DNA from: Deltaproteobacteria bacterium
Lineage (GTDB): Bacteria > Desulfobacterota > Dissulfuribacteria > Dissulfuribacterales > QOAL01
Direction: 5' to 3'
Assembly (NCBI GenBank): GCA_024275145.1
Contig: JAJRZR010000067.1
Span: 908 to 64,907 of the forward strand
DNA: 64,000 bases
The position numbers and the translations under genes were made by a program. Each line of letters opens with the position of its first letter. The first letter of the stretch is position 1. Below the pieces are notes generated by a model that saw only the letters and a list, made by a program, of their open reading frames with translations, was not told the DNA's origin and did not search any database. Positions 59,923 to 64,000 of this stretch are shown here, one piece after another.

Positions 59923-61106
59923 ATCCTTACCAGCGGCCAGTCGTTTCTACGGCCGAGTGAATAAAGCAACTGGAAAACGTGCAATGGATTGTGCCTGAAC
60001 GACATCTGGGTACCATACAGATAGAGCCTCCACATCCTTACGAACTCATCCCCCATCATATCCCTTATCTTGCTGGCGCTTGCCTCAAATCTCCTGGCCC
60101 ATTCGCCCAAGGTACGGTCATAATGCTGCCTGAGATCCTCCAGGTCAGCGAAGTCAAAACCGCATTTTTCAGCGGTATCAAAAATTTCACCAAGCGCCGG
60201 CACATAGGTGCCTGGGAAGATATATTTCGAGATCCATGGATCCATGGCCTCTGGCCGTAGTCTTCCTATGGTATGCAGAAGCAGTATGCCCTTTGGCCTC
60301 AGTAACCGACCCACCTTTTTAAAAAACACCGGGATGTTTTCCTTCCCCACGTGTTCGAACATCCCTATGGAGACTACCCTGTCATAGGTCCTGTCCTCCC
60401 TCTCTGGAAGCTCCCTGTAATCCTCTAGCCGTATCTCGGCCATGTCAGAAAGCCCGGCGTCCTTTATACGTCTATTCCCAAGCTCAAACTGCCTCTCCGA
60501 AAGGGTCAACCCCACGGCCTTGACGCCGTAATTCCTTACCGCCTCTATCAACAAGGTTCCCCATCCACACCCTATGTCTAACATTCGCTGGCCCTTCTTG
60601 AGCCTCATTTTCCTGAGCGTGTGCCCTATCTTTTGCAGTTGTGCCTTCTCCAGGGTATCGTCCTGATCTTCGAAATAGGCACAGGAATAGACCATACCTT
60701 TATCCAGCCACAGCTTGTAAAAGTCGTTACCCCGGTCATAGTGTGCCTGGACATCCTTCCTGGTCTGTTTTATCGTGGCCTTTTTCTTAAAATTTATCCA
60801 ACACAACCTGGCCTTTTGACCTACCGACAGCCTCGACTGGAGATCGGTTTTATAGGCCCATTCAAGTAATCGGGAAATATCCCCTTCTATCTCTATATCG
60901 CCCCTGGTATATGCCTCACCAAATCCCAGAGACATATCAGTGAGAAGTGTCTCAAAGGATTCGGGGGTCTTGAATTTCAATTTGAATGCGGGCTCTGAAC
61001 CGCCAAAGGAAAGTTCCGTACCATCCCAAAATTTAATAGTGCAGGGATAGCGTTCCTCGCCATTAAACAGGGAGGCTACCAGTGTCTTGGCCTGATTGAC
61101 ATCCAT
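59919..61106 (-). CDS. cfa: Cyclopropane-fatty-acyl-phospholipid synthase
   Basis: FGEAY, HYDRGNDFY, YSCAYF, LDIGCGWG, SIGMFEHVG, YIFPG; GGAGG RBS before ATG 61106. Confidence 0.92.
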   Translation of the reverse strand: MDVNQAKTLVASLFNGEERYPCTIKFWDGTELSFGGSEPAFKLKFKTPESFETLLTDMSLGFGEAYTRGDIEIEGDISRLLEWAYKTDLQSRLSVGQKARLCWINFKKKATIKQTRKDVQAHYDRGNDFYKLWLDKGMVYSCAYFEDQDDTLEKAQLQKIGHTLRKMRLKKGQRMLDIGCGWGTLLIEAVRNYGVKAVGLTLSERQFELGNRRIKDAGLSDMAEIRLEDYRELPEREDRTYDRVVSIGMFEHVGKENIPVFFKKVGRLLRPKGILLLHTIGRLRPEAMDPWISKYIFPGTYVPALGEIFDTAEKCGFDFADLEDLRQHYDRTLGEWARRFEASASKIRDMMGDEFVRMWRLYLYGTQMSFRHNPLHVFQLLYSLGRRNDWPLVRI

Positions 61107-61152
61107 GTCTTCCTCCAAAAACTCCCAGCGGCTGCGTATCCGAAGCCGCTCT

Positions 61153-61199
61153 CCAGGCACAAAAATACGGCCCGGAGCCAGAATATATTGCACGGTAAA
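61153..61199 (-). repeat. Hairpin repeat family copy upstream of cfa
   Basis: Minus strand reads TTTACCGTGCAATATATTCTGGCTCCGGGCCGTATTTTTGTGCCTGG. Confidence 0.65.
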
Positions 61200-61646
61200 G
61201 ATCATGCAAAATTAGGATACGGCTATATTGTATCCTCCATGATCTAGACTTTCACGTTGATCTGCATGCTTAGCCTGCTCGGACAATGTATTTTTTATTT
61301 CCCGGGAAGAAAATCCGTACCCCCCTTTTACAAAAGGGCAGGATCCCTTCCGCTCGTCCATGATATATCTGCCTGACAATGCCCCGATAATGAGGCTTCA
61401 CTGAATATTACCTTTAAGGCTATTATAATGAGATAAGTAGGTACTTATGGTGACATTGTCAATCGGTAGGCGTATCCTTCGGCGGAAGATTCCATGTGCC
61501 TTAACATGAGGCACACCTGCCATGCTACCTGATGACACCTTGGACATAAGGTGGCCATATCACAGAAACGTTTCCTGTTCGCCCCTGTTGGGGCCACTGT
61601 AATGTAACCGGAGCAGTCCTTTCTTCTCACCCCAGGGCCGATTTGA

Positions 61647-64000
61647 TTACAAAATTCCTTTAGGCCCCCTGGAGATTATCCCGGCCACGTCTCTCAATAC
61701 ATGGGCGAGGGAGGCCCTGGCAGGTCTTGCTATATATTTTGGAACCCACACGGGGAAAAATTTTTCCTTGTAATGTCTAAGGCCCTGAAAATTATAAAAA
61801 TATTCTTCATGCTCATAAATCATTGCCCCAAGTTTATTCCAAAGTGGCGCAGAGGGATGCTCCTTCAAACCTGAAAGTGGCGCCATTCCCAGGTTAAATT
61901 CTTTGAATCCCTGACTTGCTCCCCATAGCATCAGCTCAACCAGGAGAAAATCCATGATGCCGTGCGGGGCATCGGGTATATAACGCATCAGATCTATAGA
62001 AAGTTCTTCTCTTTCCGCCCCTTCCCAGATATTGGCAAATGCAATGATTTCACCCCCGATATCCACCACTGCCACGGGGAAACGAAGCAGGTAGTTCTCG
62101 TTGAAAAACCCCAGCGAAAACCCCTTTTCCCTCATGTGCTTCCTGGATAGCCACGCATCCGATATATAGCGAAGACGGGGGAGGACGTCAGCTACCTTGG
62201 TTACAGGTATTGTCCTGAATCTACATCCGTCCCTTACAAGCCTGTTGTGCTCGTTTCTGAGCCTCTTTTTCGAGGCACCCTTCAGAGAAAAATCCGTCAG
62301 CGGCACCCTTGCCTCTTCGCCGATCTTTACCAGGTACATGCCTAGGTCCAGGTAGAAGGTCAGGTCATCAGGCCCAATCTCATAGAAGACCGGTACCGCA
62401 TCGTATTCGTCACACAGGTCATTGAAATGCCATATGAGATCGGCCTTTTCACTGCGGGGTCCAATCGGATCCCCCATGGAAACCCACGTCCTTCCGGTTA
62501 CGGCATACATGATAAAGGCGTTACGGACCTTGTTGAAGAGAAATGCCTTGTCGCCCAGCATGGCCAGATAGGCATAGGTTTGTACGGACCTTCGGGCTAT
62601 GTGCCAAGCCAGATCCAATTCCTGCCTATCGGGAAAGGCGGGTTTGAATCTGGCCGGATGAAGAATATGCCATAATGAGAAAAAAAGCAGGACGGACACG
62701 GCCCCTATGGTGCCCCTTAGGAACCTGGGTGCATCGGCCCACAACGCGAAATGCCACCACAAGTCCCCTGCATATTCAACGTGTCTGAAGGCAAAGATTC
62801 CTATCCATACGCTCGCCGTTATGGCAACCGCGGCGGAGGCCAGCCAGCCGGCCGACAGGGGTTCGTTGAATAGGGAGGACCTCCTGTAAAAATGCCGTTT
62901 TAGGGGCAAAAGGACCGCAAGCACTACCAGTAGGAAAACGGCTTCTTCAAAATCGAAGCCTTTCAGCAGGGAAAATACCGACCCGGAGACGAGTAGTGCC
63001 AGGGTGAGATAATAGGCACCGTCAAGCCTTCGTCTGAGACCCCATGCCAGTACCAGCAGACATGAGCCTATCACACTGGCCAAAAAATGCGAGATCTCAA
63101 TGACCGATAGTGGAAACAGACTACCTAGCCTTGCCATTCTGGCTTGGATCTCCGGGGTTGCACCGGATATAAGGAGCACGCATCCAGACAGGAACGTCAG
63201 AAACGCCAGTATGTCCGGGACTATGGAGCCTGTAATCTTGGCAAGGAATGCCGCGGCCTTTCTGAACCTCTCGTTTCTTTCGACAATTTCATTAAATCCG
63301 AGGAGAAACGCTGCTATGACCAATGGAACAAAATAATAGATGATCCTGTAGGCCACCAGAGAACTCAGCAGGTAATCAGCAGGAATATGAGGGCCCAGCA
63401 GGATTATCATGGCACCCTCGAAAACCCCCAAGCCGCCTGGGACATTGCTTATTATGCCTACCAATTGGGCCAGCAGGAACAGGTTTAAAAAATAGGGAAA
63501 GGACAGAAAATAGCCTGAAGGTAGCAGGCTGAAAAGACAGTATGCCGAGGCCAACCAGTCAGCCACTGACAGGGCAAGTTGCCACACCAGTACGACAGGG
63601 CTGAGTACCGGTATCTCAAACCCCCTGATGCGTACGGGTCTTTTCCATATCAGGCTCGTAAACGCATAGGTAGCAAGCACTACGAGCAACACGATTCCGA
63701 CAGACCTGGAGGTTACCAGTGGCAACCCCATGGTCGTAGGCAGGGGTATCGGATACAGGGTACAGACGATACCCCCAAGGGCAAAAAATCCCGTCCAGAA
63801 TGTCAAGGTCGAGAAGCCAACAACCTTTGCGATATCGGTAGCAGGTATTCCCCATGCGGAATACAGACGGAATCGTATCCCCGCCCCTATGAATGCCCCC
63901 CAGCTACCACTGTTGTTTGAAAAGGCATATCCTATGAAAGAGGCAAATATGATCTTGAACAGCTCGATACTGCGACCTATGTACCGAAAGGCCACCAGAC
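61647..64000 (-). CDS. mprF: Bifunctional aminoacyl-phosphatidylglycerol flippase/synthase MprF (5' truncated)
   Basis: VPGGLGVFE, YRIIYY, GDPIG, KIGEEA, EKGFSLG, DLMR, LGMAPL, YNFQGLRHYKEKF. Confidence 0.94.
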   Translation of the reverse strand, partial: LVAFRYIGRSIELFKIIFASFIGYAFSNNSGSWGAFIGAGIRFRLYSAWGIPATDIAKVVGFSTLTFWTGFFALGGIVCTLYPIPLPTTMGLPLVTSRSVGIVLLVVLATYAFTSLIWKRPVRIRGFEIPVLSPVVLVWQLALSVADWLASAYCLFSLLPSGYFLSFPYFLNLFLLAQLVGIISNVPGGLGVFEGAMIILLGPHIPADYLLSSLVAYRIIYYFVPLVIAAFLLGFNEIVERNERFRKAAAFLAKITGSIVPDILAFLTFLSGCVLLISGATPEIQARMARLGSLFPLSVIEISHFLASVIGSCLLVLAWGLRRRLDGAYYLTLALLVSGSVFSLLKGFDFEEAVFLLVVLAVLLPLKRHFYRRSSLFNEPLSAGWLASAAVAITASVWIGIFAFRHVEYAGDLWWHFALWADAPRFLRGTIGAVSVLLFFSLWHILHPARFKPAFPDRQELDLAWHIARRSVQTYAYLAMLGDKAFLFNKVRNAFIMYAVTGRTWVSMGDPIGPRSEKADLIWHFNDLCDEYDAVPVFYEIGPDDLTFYLDLGMYLVKIGEEARVPLTDFSLKGASKKRLRNEHNRLVRDGCRFRTIPVTKVADVLPRLRYISDAWLSRKHMREKGFSLGFFNENYLLRFPVAVVDIGGEIIAFANIWEGAEREELSIDLMRYIPDAPHGIMDFLLVELMLWGASQGFKEFNLGMAPLSGLKEHPSAPLWNKLGAMIYEHEEYFYNFQGLRHYKEKFFPVWVPKYIARPARASLAHVLRDVAGIISRGPKGIL

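Noticed and set aside
61107-61205. N-terminal extension of cfa in the ORF track
   Set aside because: Spans a repeat copy, and a strong RBS precedes ATG 61106.
61256-61270. FNR box upstream of cfa (TTGATCTGCATGCT)
   Set aside because: Only the left half-site matches TTGAT-N4-ATCAA.
1-64000. Genome-wide TAG reassignment
   Set aside because: Thirteen genes end at TAG at their expected C-termini; purL readthrough would add about 50 residues inside the next gene.

Overview
A 64-kb chromosomal window with about 42 protein genes and no rRNA, tRNA, CRISPR array or intact transposase. Gene content suggests Desulfobacterota/deltaproteobacteria (inference). Left to right: 3' end of purL and its operon (hypothetical, AI-2E, PflX-like radical SAM, phosphoesterase, xerD); a SWIM-SNF2 helicase convergent with a DUF1998 helicase-exonuclease fusion; HDOD protein; yhaO/yhaN-bioA-bioB-chrA; AsmA, YihY, APC permease; dodecin; a secreted GH31 with starch-binding modules next to a VPLPA/PEP-CTERM protein; cbi/nikMNQO; pntA1A2B; a prenyltransferase-repeat protein; a TolC-HlyD-ABC exporter; usp-acdA-acdB-glgP; a disrupted REC-PAS kinase; glgB; a membrane protein-kinase pair; crp-cfa; and most of mprF. 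Most notable: (1) a dispersed family of about 40-50 bp hairpin repeats (TTACCGTGAAAA...CCC-loop-GGG...TATTTTCATGCC) in about 9 intergenic copies, including a head-to-head doublet; (2) two otherwise clean reading frames (pntB and the hybrid kinase) each broken by one in-frame TAG, the kinase also by a G7 frameshift; (3) adjacent MITE-like elements at 52.6-52.85 kb, with a second copy of one end at 47.05 kb. All calls were made by eye; no database search was run.
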